Assembly: GCA_023213395.1 (NCBI GenBank)
Contig: CM041465.1
Location: 205,971,741 to 206,035,740 of the forward strand
From: Cycas panzhihuaensis
Lineage: Eukaryota; Plantae; Cycadophyta
Length of the DNA stretch: 64,000 bases
Direction: 5' to 3'
Position 1 is the stretch's first letter. Every line of letters starts with the position of its first letter. Of this stretch, positions 23,051 through 35,179 are shown piece by piece. A program made the translations under genes and the position numbers. The notes beneath the pieces are model-generated. The model made no database searches and was not told the DNA's origin. It worked only from the letters and a program-made list of their open reading frames with translations.

Positions 23051-26000
23051 TTTAGGCTGTATAGCCTTATTATAGTTTAGTCCGAGATGTACAATGCCCT
23101 TAACATATCTTAGGAAGTGTTTTGTAACATTCTAGTGTGCAATATTGGGCTTCCTCATATATCTAGAGACAATACCCGCATACCAGGAAATATTTGGTCT
23201 GGTTGTTGTGAGATAGATAAGACTGTTAATCAACTGCCAATGGAAAGTTTCATTAACATCCTTGTCTTTGTCATTAGTTCTCAAAGAGTAACATGTTTCC
23301 ATGGGTGTTGCACATGGCTTGGAACTCCTGCATTTTGAATCTTTTGAGAAGACTTTTTGCATATTTATTTTGGAAAATAAAAAATCCATTCTCCTTCTAA
23401 TATATTTCAATTCCCAAATAGTAATGAAGTTCACCCAAATTTAACATTTGAAATTTGTCTTCCATTTCTTACTTCACTTGGTTCATGGTATCATCATCTT
23501 CCTTGTGACAATTAGATTATCAACATAAACAACAATTATGATGATCAGATTCTTTCCTTTATTTTTTATGTATAAACCCGGATCAAATTCACATCTTTTG
23601 AATTGATTCTCTCTGAGGTGCATATCTAGTTTCCTATACCATTCTGATGGATCCTATTTCAGTCCATAAAGGGTCTTCTTTAGCCGACAAACTAAGTGTT
23701 CATTTCCTTCTTTTATGAAGCGAGGAGGGTTCTCCATATAAACTTTCTCTGCCAGATCTCTATTCAAAAAGGCACTCTTTACATCAAGTTATACAATCTT
23801 CTAGTTACATTGTGCTGTTAGAACTATAACAGTTCAAATTGTGATCATCTTGGCTACTAGAGCAAAAGTTTCTTCATAATCAATCCTTGCAGTCTAAGTA
23901 TATCCCTTGGCAACAAGTCAAGCTTTATACTTCTCAATGCTCGCATCAGATTTTCCCTTGATCTTATAAACCCATTTGCATCCAATTATGGGTTTTTCCT
24001 TGAGTAGCAGTATCAAACCCATGTTTCATTCTGTTTAATGGTAAGAAGTTCTTTTTCCATTGCAGTTTTCCATCTTTCATCTCTGTAGGCCTCTTTACAA
24101 TTTTGTGGTTCAGTAGAACAAATCGAAGCTTGATGTTTTTGAAGCCTAGTTCGCTACTCAAAAGTATCACCCTTAGAATCTTCTAACGTTTTTAGATAGC
24201 ATTTGGGTATTCTGGTATAAGACTAATAGGATTCCCTTGGTTGTTCATTCACTGTTGGAGAAATAACAACTGTGGTACCTTCTCTCAAGCCATTTCCTTC
24301 TTGTGAAATTGATGGTTGATTGCACATTGACTCTTGCGAAGGTATGATTTTTTCCTATACTAATCTTTTGGAAGAGGAAACGTCTTGGGCTTCTTCCTTT
24401 GATGTTTCATCAAAGGTTATATCTTTGTTGATGTAGATTTTGTTTGTCTTGAGGTCTAAGATGTATATGCTTTGGACTTGATGTTGTACCCAACTAGGAT
24501 GCATCCGATGCTCTTATCATCTTAGCTTAGATCTTTTCTGATCTTGGATATGCACATAAGTAGTACTTCTAAAGATTTTGAAATGGCTAATATCTAGTTT
24601 CCTTTTGGACCAAGCTTCCTCAAGAGTGAGTTTTTCAAGGGCACTAGTGGGACATCTATTTAGAAGGTAGACTGCAATGTTGACTACTTCAACCCAACAA
24701 CATTTGAGACTCCTTTCTCTTTTAGCATGGATCTATCCATTTTTGTTATAGATTATTTAACTGCTCTACAATCCCATTTGACTAGGGAGTGTAAGCAATG
24801 GTGAGCTACCCATGAATGCCATGGGCTTTACAATACTTGTAGAAGTCATTAGAGGTGTATTCCCCTCCCCTATCTATCCTTAAGACTTAAGCTTGTGCCC
24901 ACTCTCTAATTCAACCATAGCTTTGAATTCTTTAAATATATTGAATGTTTTTGATTTGTTGGTAATGAAATATACCCATGCTTTTATGCTAAAATCATCT
25001 GTGAATGTGAGGAAGTACTTAGTACCATTGATGGAGTTTGGGGAGATTGGTCTGCATAAATCACTATCTATTAGTTCAAGTTTTCTTTGAGCTCTCCATG
25101 TGCTTGGCTGAAAATGAGATTTGTGCTACTTTCCTAGCATGCACCCTTTATTGGACATTTTGGACATTCTTAACCTATTATTTGAGATGTGCCCATACTG
25201 AGAATGCCAATTTTTATTATTATCAAAATTGCATATAGAGAGAGCTTGAACGATAGGTGTAGAGACTAATTTATATAACTTATTAGTCTCTATACCTTCA
25301 AGTATTACAATATTGTTTTTCATTTTATCAAAAGTGAAACATTTACCTCCATCAAAGATAATACAAAGTTTTTTCTTTTTCGTTAGTTGTGAGATAGATA
25401 AGAGATTTTTCCTTGAGTCAAGCGAGAACATTGCTTATTTTCTGAATTTTTCCTTTTATTCTAATAATAATAGTTCCTCTTCCTCTAATTCTTAGGGTAG
25501 AATTATCCCCAAGCTCCACAAAGTCACTATCAAGATGTGGGTGAAGAGACTCAAACCAATCCCTTATTACAGTCATATGATGAGATGCGTCAAAGTTGAT
25601 ATACTGGTCATGGTGGGATTGCATGGATGATGCTAGTGTTTTAATGAAGGCAGTCTCTTCTTCATCTTTTTTTGGTTGCCCTTTGCTATAATTTCTTGCA
25701 GCTGTCTTCCCTTAGGCAATTTCAACTCTCCTTTGACAATAGTCTCTAATAAGATGGCCTGTTCTCCCACAATATTAACAAGTTTTAGTCTCTTCCATTC
25801 TTCCTCCTATAGCTCTTCCTCTTCCTCCTGATTGACTGCTGAGTGGACCTCTAAGATGAATCCTAGTTGCAAAGGCTTCATAATCTCCCCTATTTCCTTG
25901 TATCTTTTGATTATTTGTTCCTGCTAGAGAGGATTACCACATAGAATATCAAAGGTCATGTTGATTGATTGTTCTCCTATAGTGAGGGTATTTACCAGAT

Positions 26001-26484
26001 TGTCAAAGGATTTAGGTAACTTGTTGAGCACGAGCTTGACAAGTTTTAGGTTTGAGACAAGTTCACTAGTAGATGCAAGGATTTCTTTTAACTTGACTAC
26101 CTTGGTGATGAAATTGGATATTGGTTCACCTTCTCTTAATTGAATCTAATATAATTGTTCCCTTAAAGAGATTATCCTAGCTTCATTTCCTTGCTGGAAT
26201 AAGGAGGCAAGGATGCTCCAGGCTTTAGCAGTTGAGGTGACCTCACTAATGTGAGTTAGTAGAGAATCAACAACTGACAAGGTAATGGCAGCAAGAGCAT
26301 TGTTGTTCCTTTCTTCCCAACTAGCCAACTTAGCCCTATTGACATTTCCTAGGTTGGATTTCATTCTATTGACTATATTCCATGCATTTTTAGTAGACAA
26401 GATATTCCTCATTTTAATTCTCTAGGCAAGATAATTAGGTATAAATAGTTTATCATTTTCACCAAGCGAGTAAATAGAAACCAT
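23051..26484 (-). pseudogene. gag-pol: C2 gag-PR-IN-RT, heavily disrupted
   Basis: NALAAITLSV...AWSILASLF (Retrotran_gag_2); FDASHHMT (PR); LISQLT/WHSQYGH (pre-IN); LIYLTTTRPNIS (RT); ATG at 26484. Confidence 0.9.
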
Positions 26485-27088
26485 TTCGTGCAAAGGAAAG
26501 ATTGTATAGTCGGAACTCTACAGTACCATATAACTGTACAAATTTTTGAAGGTGACAAATGGAGTGGGTCTTATTTTGAAGCTTGAGAGGTCACCTATGC
26601 AAATATGAAGTAGTTTTTTGGATTGGATCTCTAATTAAGTAGGAAATTTTCCCTAAAGCTTTATGGGCAGCTAGGGTTTAAAAGAGAAATTTGTAGATAT
26701 CTTGAAAATTTTCAAATGAAACCCTACAAAATAGAAGAGAATGCATCCAATTTCTAGCAAAAAAATTGACAAAAATGAGAGAAATCAACACAAGAATGCC
26801 CAAACCTGCGTTTTTGAAAAAACTCGGATTCTTGTCGATCCTTTGGGCAAAAATGATCTCTGTATGGAGGCACTTAATCTGGGAAAGTTTCATCTTGGTC
26901 TGACAACTTTGAAATTTCCCGCCCTGTACAGGTCCGTACACTTTTGTATAGCTTCAGTTGCAGGCCATATCGCTTCTTGGGATTGCCTTTTGAAGCCTCT
27001 ACTAAGTGGTCCCTTCGGACTTGGACTGATGCAAAGAGAAAAACTAAAGCCTCCAACCTATGGTCCTTTCAGTCCTACTTTGATACCA

Positions 27089-27334
27089 TGTTAAAAAGAA
27101 CAGAGAAGTATTTCCCTCTAGAATAATGTCTTCTTTACATTCCTTACAAGTGAGATATTCTCATATACATATACATCAAAGGCCGCAAACAAGAGCCAAT
27201 GAGAGAGAGCCAAAAGAAAACACTTTGCACAACTTTTAATAATAACATAAGTTGTGCTGTAACTAAAGACTCTAAGTTAACATTGACTTAAGAGAAATAA
27301 TAAAAACTATTAAGTAAAAACCTTAACCTTAACA
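27089..27334 (-). repeat. C2 5' LTR
   Basis: Abuts PBS 27077-27088. Confidence 0.93.
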
Positions 27335-27339
27335 GTGAA

Positions 27340-27835
27340 AGTATTTACAAGGTTATCAAATGACATTAGTAACTTGTTAAAATTGAGGCGAACAATCTTT
27401 GTATTGGACATAGGCTTACTAGTAGATGCCAGATTGTCTTTAATTTATACCACCTTGCTAATGAAATCAAAGACTTAGTCACCCTCCCTTAGATGCAATC
27501 GATATAGTTGTTCTCTTAGAGTAATTATTTGGGCTTCATATTTTTGGCTATATAGGGTAGCAAGAATCTTCTAGGCCTCTACAAATGTGGATGCCTCCCT
27601 AATGTGAGTCAGTACAGAGTCTCCTATAGACAATGTAATGGTTGCATGGGCATGTCTCTCTCTTTCCTCCCAATTGGCAAGCTTTATAGAGTTAGCTTTA
27701 CTTGGTTTTGTTTCCTTCTCTATGACAATATCCTAGGCATTTTTTTGCAACTAGGCCTTTCATTTTGATTTTCTAGGCACTAGAACTCTATATCGTCAAT
27801 TTATTAGAGTTCCCCAATGAGTAGATAAAGGCCAT
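27340..27835 (-). pseudogene. gag: C1 gag N-terminal part
   Basis: Colinear with C2 gag (25900-26484); ATG at 27835; continues 6235 across the TSD. Confidence 0.8.
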
Positions 27836-28483
27836 TTTATCAAAAGGATGACAAGAAACCGTGACGAAGTCATACAATCGTACAATTGTATGAAAAAAGA
27901 GCAGGTGTATAGATGCCAACAAAGTAACCTTTAAATCAAATCCCTCTTCAATGCCTATCTAAACCTATAAACAAATTTTTAATTTGACCTCCCGTTTGAT
28001 CAGAAATTGACCTGAAAGTCCGAGTGGTAGCTAGGGTTTAAAATGGTTTTTTGCTCATATCTTAAAAAATTCTTAGAAAACTTTGCAATTTTATACTTGA
28101 TGGAAAGCTTGCATCATAACGAAGATTTTAAGATCAATTTTAAGTAGTAAAACAAAAACAATTGAGAGGAAATAGCAGAGGAAGGGTCAAACTTGTGCCC
28201 ACATTTTTGTTCAATTTACTACTTGTAGAGGCTAAATTTGGGATTGATCCTCTAGGACAACAGACTCTTCTTAGCAAAATGCCCAAGCTGGTGAACTTTC
28301 GTTGTAATCTAAGTACTTTGATTTTTCGGCCATATATAACTGTACAAATGTTGTACAGTAGATTGTACACTATCTTCAATGATTACTTATCACAAAAAAA
28401 AACAATGCTTTTAGGCTTATTCTTCAATTTTTTCCTCCTTCCCAATCTTTCACATATGCCCTAATATGCCTACTTTGATACCA

Positions 28484-28698
28484 TGTTGAAAAGCAAAGTA
28501 TGAGAAAAGTGAAGTGTACATAATTAATGATGGGTGAGAGTTTCTCTCTCATATAAATACATCAAGTTTATAAGAGAGATCTAGTACATGTATGTCAAGT
28601 GCCAATTTATGACAGAAGAGGGGTCATGACACATGATCATTAATTATATATAAGAGACCCCAATGTAAAACATAGGATAGAACATTAATATTCTAGCA
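28484..28698 (-). repeat. C1 5' LTR
   Basis: Abuts PBS; followed by TSD TGCAT. Confidence 0.95.
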
Positions 28699-31179
28699 TG
28701 CATAAGATTTTCCTCATAACTTACATATTTCATTAATCAACACTGAATATGCTCATAGAACACTACGTCACTTTCAAGGTCCAACTTTCACCTTTGAGAG
28801 TATATCATATGACTTAATCAATTAGCTCTCACCCTTGAGTCCATATCATAAGACTCAATCACTCGGTTCTTATCGTTGAACCAACAGGATAAATGACCTA
28901 TTTATACCCTTCTACATAGCCAATAACCTAAAAGGGCATGACTTTACAGCATACCCTTTGACTTTTCATAACTCGAAACCTTAACTAATAATAATCAAGT
29001 GATGCTTCGTATGTTGATACAAAATCTCTTCTTGGGGTCTTGATGTAGAACTGCTTTGAGAAGCATTTGTCGTTCCAAAATCGTTCCATTGTATATGTAA
29101 CAATCCCAGAATTGTTTCGATGTTTGTTGAGAACTATTCCTTGAGAGCAAGTTTCTCGACCTATAACCGTCCCTTGCATTCCAAAAGCTTCCTGGAATCG
29201 TTCTAGAACCTTTCCTTGATTGGATTTCCACTATTTTCATTGTTTTTTGTTGGATCATCTTCATAATCATTCCTAGAAATGTCCCTAACTATTCCCAAGC
29301 GTCCTAGAGCCACTTATACTTCATACAGTTCTACCTGAAAAATGTGCTCTCATATGTCTTTTTCTAGGTTGTGATAAAACACAGACTAGATGTGCCAATG
29401 GAATCAATTTGATTTTCATAAAGATGGAGTGATGGGATGAATAATGAAAAATTGATGTATCTACTCAAAATAGATGGATTGGAGCAGGGGTGTGTAGGAA
29501 TGAAGAGCAAGAAGTTGAGTTTGTATATCAAAGGTTACGAGAGTTGAATTAATGTAATGAAGTGATGAAGGGCATAACTAAAGACCTAAATGATGAATAT
29601 GAATGGGGTATTATAAATGAAGGGTTTACATAACAACTCAAACTTTGAAAAGAAGAATGTCTAATTGGTCTTGAGATCTTTCTTGATGATTTCTTAGTAA
29701 GCAACCTAAGGCACACTAGTGAAGTGGATGTCTATACCATTATGTTATCTTGAGAGAAACCATGATGTCTTTGATGAAGATGCTTGATTGATAAAGCCTA
29801 GTTGACTTTACAACTTCCAAGTTTCTGTGAGTGGTACATATGATATCCTTTTTACATGAACCATGGGAAGAGGAAACTCGAGAGGAATTGAAAAATTCCT
29901 AGTGGAAATAGATGAATGTGTAACATGGTATAAATCCAAACTACGATGACTAATTTCCTCTTTGGTATCATCATCTTGGCCTATATAATTATTGTTTGAT
30001 TCCTGTTTAAATTCCTATGTCATGATTGGTTTTGCATCATGTTGTTCTTCTATGTCATTTGTTTCATCTTGGGGTGTGGTTTGATCCTTCTTTTCTTTTT
30101 CCATGACTTCTACTTTGACCATTTCATTTTCTTCCTCTTCTCCCATGAATTGTCTAGTTTTCCATTTAAAAACTTCCTCATATGTTTTGTTCATTCTCTT
30201 CAACATTTTGTTCATTTCTTTTTCTTCTTTTTTCTTTTCTTCATTCCATGCCCACTTGATGTTTCTAATTGTTTCCTTCACTTCCCACAATATTTCAGTT
30301 CTTTGCTATTCTTCTAATCCCATTATTCATATCGAAAAAATTGCAAGAAGTTATAAAACTTGAAGAACATTTTAGGGCTAAAATAACCGTTCACAATAAA
30401 ATTAATGTGGTTTCTCCCCCCCGCCTTTCTCTAAGCTATCTAAATTGAGTGAGATTTTTTCTTTTCCCCCGATATATACTCAAGGTTGCTTCTAGTTCAA
30501 CTAGTTTGAGGTAATTTGGAGTTTTGTAGCTCCCCTTGTGCATTTCAAAAGTTGACAAAATATTTCCTAGGGTTTGGGATAATAATGAAATCTTAGAAAT
30601 AGTGACCATGCCATTCTTTCAACGTGTCCAAATTGAGTAAATTATTTTTCTATGGAAAGATGACTTATAGACACTTTAAACAAGACTTGTTTTGGATGAT
30701 TTTAATGCTTGTAACATTCGTAATAATCTTTGAAACTCATGGAAATAACATTTTGCATTTATAGAATTTTTTGGAAGTAGATCAATGGAAATCATGTAAC
30801 ATGGTGATTTTTTGTGAAAAATATGCAATATGACCTGATATTAGTGTTGCTCAAGCTAATACACATCTTGGAACAAATGAAATTTAGAAATTTGCCCTCT
30901 AGCACCTTGAAAGCACATATTTTTGGACAAAATTTCTAAAATTCCAAAATCATGCTTGATGTTATTTGCAATAAACCTAATTGTTGTTTGCTATGCAAAA
31001 TGTGTAATTTGACCAAAAATATCTCCAATTATTCAAAATATCCAAATATAGAAGTAATAGAACCATTTGTATATGATAATGGGATTCACATAATCAATTC
31101 TATTGAAAATAAATGTCAAACACCTCAATAATTAAGTGATGTCTAAGACATAAGGTCCAAAGCTTTGTGCTTTGTGAGA

Positions 31180-33323
31180 TGAGGAATCTCCAAATATCCT
31201 GTGGTGGGGCTTACCCCAAGGCATGAGCCAAGATTTTTCAACTATGATTTTGTAATGAGACTCTTAAGGGATACACACACACAACTTTCCCTTGACCTAC
31301 TATCCCTTAAGTAACCAATGTTGTATATCATGTAACATATCATTGATGCACAACTAACAACAATTACTCTACCTTACACTTAGTAACACACCACGACTAA
31401 ACACATCTTAATGACATAGACCCTAATCTATTTTTGATGACTAGGTGCATAACACGTGTTTTGAAGTTGCTTATTCAAAATAACCTCCTTTTTAGCTTGA
31501 ACATTGTAAAACCTTTGATTTAGTTTGTAATTGATTAGATTTACAATATTTGTTTTCCCCCTTTAATGAATTTGATTTTTGTGGCTATCATACCAATGGA
31601 AGTGTTTTAATTGTTTATTTCGGTTCAAGTAGGTGAATTAACAATTGAATATGGTCCAATTTGATTTCATGCATGTTAGGCTATCGTGGGGCTGCCCGTG
31701 CTATTCATGTGGTAAGCAAAATGGATAATGAATTATGGCACAAGACATTATCATGTTGCTTGTTCAATTGAATCATTTGCATTCTTTTTTCGAGGAAGAA
31801 TCCATGGTGCTATACAAAAGATAAAATGGTTTGTTCTAATACATTTTAAACATTTTGGAGCTAACATTTTAGAAATTGTAATGTTGCAGGCTAAGCTAGT
31901 TGCGAGTTGTGGTCTTCAATGTGGTGTGTTAAAGACTACCCACACAATGATTTTTATGGCAATCAAGTTTTGTATTAGACATTGTTATATTGAATAGCAT
32001 TGCCTTCTCACTAATGAGGCAGGTGGATTGGGATTAAGGTTTTGCAATTATTATTACTAGATGTGCAAAACCTTTTAGCTTAGTTACCACAACATTCATA
32101 CGGGAAGCAAATGATTGAATGAATTCATGTCATAAAAATGCATAGGAAATTTTAATTTGATGTTAATACTAACATAACTATAATAATATTAAGCTCATTG
32201 ATACTTAACCTTTTGTATATTTAATTTAAGAAATGTTTAATTTATACAAATCTAGTCAGCAATGATCTATCCAAGTATTATTAAGCAAGAAATATTTAAA
32301 ATTTTAATTGGTGAAACAACATTTATTGTTTCATGCATTTCTATCCCGTTGAAACTTGTTTGAAAAGTTCTTCATTGGATTAGAATGTCTTGTGTTAAAA
32401 GTTTTGCAACAACTATGTCTTTTGGAAGATAGTTGGGGCTAAACACAATCCATAAGCAAAGGTGAACAATTTAAGTTTAATGCAGGGTCATAGAAACATT
32501 GTGTTGCAAATATTATCCCTAACATTAGATAGAAAAAAAAACATATGAAAAGAAAAGTGCACATTGATTTGAGGATTTGTAATAGTATTTGAGTTTGGAA
32601 GAGTTTGAAATAAGTTTATCGAAATTTTTACAAGGTTCCAAAATGTTTCCCACAAATGTTTTTGATCCCACTAGGCCATCACTATGCTAGTAAGTTTGGT
32701 TGGCCCTTTCCCTTCACCACACAAAGTAATAGTGGTATCTACTTCCATTCCAGTGTTGTAGGTGTTTGATTTGCCTACTATATTCATTATTATTAACCTT
32801 CTATGTCTTGATTGACCTATAGTTTTACTCTATAGAATACATGCATCGCCCCATCGAATCACATACAAAAACATAGGTGAACTCCATTACATCCACACAC
32901 ACATATTTACATACTAACACACACTAGCTAGAACCATCCAGCTAAAACTCCTTACAACAATCTTCATCCCCTAAAGACTATTTTGAAATAGCTAGAGCAA
33001 TAACTATCACTAATTAGTCCAAAACTACTATACAAAATAGTCTAATAGAATACATCTAATTAGCATAGTACACAACTAGATAGCAAAGACATTGCATAGC
33101 CAGAGCATCAATTCCTGTAGTATAATATTTTGTACAAAATTAGGCTAACTTATATAAAATGAGATTAATCCTAACATCTTATCGGCCATGTCTTTCAAAA
33201 TGTCCTCATTTTATGGACAATTATAGAAAACCTTTGTTAACTAACTTCATAGAAAAAGAAAATTTAGTGACATTAGTTTGTAACCCCTGAGGCTTCTGAC
33301 AATTTCAACATCAAGATTCCTCA
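31180..33323 (-). repeat. Probable old LTR (3' LTR of a minus-strand element), possibly carrying an internal insertion
   Basis: 9-bp inverted termini TGAGGAATC (31180)/GATTCCTCA (33323); PPT-like AGGGGGAGAA on minus at 33326-33335; no second copy in window. Confidence 0.45.
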
Positions 33324-34495
33324 TATTCTCCCCCTATCAAAGGAAGAAAGGACTTGGACAACTTAAGCTTCCAATCTAACTGCAATTTATAATTACTTTG
33401 CCTTGGGAAGATGATCAAAATTTTCATCAAGATAATCATTAGGTGGAATATAAGAATCTCTAGTTACATGTGACAGATTAGTCGTAGATGTTGTGATATT
33501 GGAAGCGTTTCTACTATTGAGGGAAGTGGAGAAATTGAGCCAAGTAAATCTTTCTAACCACTCTCCAACTCCTCTAAATGCCACCCTGTGATTGATTCTC
33601 CATTAAAAGCTTAGGTCTCATAAAAATTTATCTATAGCTTCATCTTGTTATTTTGAGCTTCTCTCTATGCAAATTGTTGTCTTAGTTAAATCTCTCATGG
33701 GGAACATCTTTTGATGATTTCTTGTGAAATTCTCAAGGTAACACCAACAACCACCTTAATGCCAACACTACCAACTACCACTTGCAAAGACAACCCTTGT
33801 ATGCATTGAACCTCAATTAGCTTTTGAGCCTCACTAGTTACAACGTTGTCTTGAATGGGAGCCAAAAGGTCAAAAATTATTTGTTTCTTTAGGATCTTCT
33901 AACCTCATAGAGGACTAGTCTATGATGTTAATCTATGCTTATATGTGTTTTGGCATTGAATGGGATAATTTGTAACTTGCTCATTGCAAACCTCTTCTAG
34001 GACATTTCCAACATTTTTCTTCATATGTTCTAAGGGACCCACATCTACCTCCTTCACTCAATAGACCAAATCCACAAGCTGCTTTCCTTCTACTGAACAT
34101 AGAGGCAAAAGTACCACTGGCACATTGCCCACCAAAGCATGAAACAACTTCCCCCTAGCAATAAAAAATTGAGACACAAATTAATTTGGCATACTTGTGT
34201 TGGCCCACTCTAAATGTTGCATGAAATTATGAGGCTAAGACATGTCACTTCATAATGTGACCTACTACAGCTTTTGGGATCACTAGAGTCAATATGTCCA
34301 TTATTGATATCTTTATCTACAATTCCATTAATGCGATCTCCATGTGTAATGTTAAGCAATGCACCGTCTTCTGTCTATAGCTCATGGAGTCCTATAGTTG
34401 TCATTGTAATCATGCTTCGAAAAGAAGGTCCAAATGAAAAAAAACATTCCCAAAGCCACTAGATGGACTAACCTTAGGTAATAACCCTAGATGGG

Positions 34496-34875
34496 GTTTG
34501 ATACATAAAATTTGTAATATGGCTAAAACTTCTTCCAAACCTACAAAATTCTCAAATATGATAGTAATAAAACCATTCACGACAAACAGTGAAACACTCA
34601 CATGAACAACATAAATGAAGGTTAATGTCCAAATACCTTAACAAGAATATGTCCAGTACATAAGATCCAAAGCTTTACCCTATTTGAGATGGGCCACCTT
34701 CAAAAGGCCTAAGCCAACAAAAAATCCAAGATATGTCTAAGTGAATACACTGAAGGGGTATTTATAATACTTTCCCTCCTTTGAGCAACTTCTCCTACAA
34801 GTTATACATTAACACTAAAGAGTGCAACTTCTTTTGTAACTTTTGCAAAAATGTCTAGGCAATTAGACTTACCCA
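34496..34875 (-). mobile_element. Decayed chromovirus-like remnant: PBS-like, short LTR-like segment (34513-~34766), PPT-like
   Basis: GTTTGATACA resembles an iMet PBS before TGTAATAT; minus AAAGGAGGGAAAG PPT-like at ~34770-34782. Confidence 0.3.
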
Positions 34876-34969
34876 ACATCAATAAAGTAAGTAATACAAA
34901 ATGTGCACAACATATACAATATAAATCCTAATCCTCATAGTGTGTGCAAACAATGTGGCACACAAGAGT

Positions 34970-35172
34970 CAAGTATAGGTAGAAAAACTAGTAGAACAAC
35001 TTCAAGAATAGTATGAACAGTACAAAATTGGAGTAGGAATGCTAGTGATAGTCAAAATGGCATAGGGGATGCAAGTATAGGTAGAAAACTAGTATAACGA
35101 CTTTTAGAATGGTATGGACAATACAAAACCTTAGTAGGAATGCCGATGATAGTCAGAATGGCATAGGGAATG
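34970..35172 (+). repeat. Two ~102-bp tandem units in G3 LTR
   Basis: CAAGTATAGGTAGAAAA...GGCATAGGG at 34970 and 35072. Confidence 0.8.
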
Positions 35173-35179
35173 CCAACAA

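Larger units (their letters stand above)
6236..27334 (-). mobile_element. Ty1/Copia element C2 inserted in gag of C1 (contains G2 and the LINE)
   Basis: LTRs 6236-6478 and 27089-27334 (about 12% mismatch by eye); TSD GTGAG 6231-6235/GTGAA 27335-27339; PBS 27077-27088; C1 gag rejoins across it. Confidence 0.93.
2412..28698 (-). mobile_element. Ty1/Copia element C1 (contains C2)
   Basis: LTRs 2412-2622 and 28484-28698 (about 11% mismatch by eye); TSD TGCAT 2407-2411/28699-28703; PBS ACTTTGATACCA 28472-28483; PPT remnant 2623-2630; order gag-PR-IN-RT-RH. Confidence 0.95.
911..29420 (-). mobile_element. Old Ty3/Gypsy element G1 (gag remnant, PBS, 5' LTR split by C1 into 2220-2411 and 28704-~29420)
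   Basis: The gag remnant is homologous to G2 gag. PBS at 2206-2218 is followed by TGTTGA at 2220, as in G2 (16067-16085). The TGCAT TSD of C1 rejoins the LTR halves. The right end is approximate (CCAATGGAATCAATTTGATTTTCATA resembles the G2 LTR end). Confidence 0.7.
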
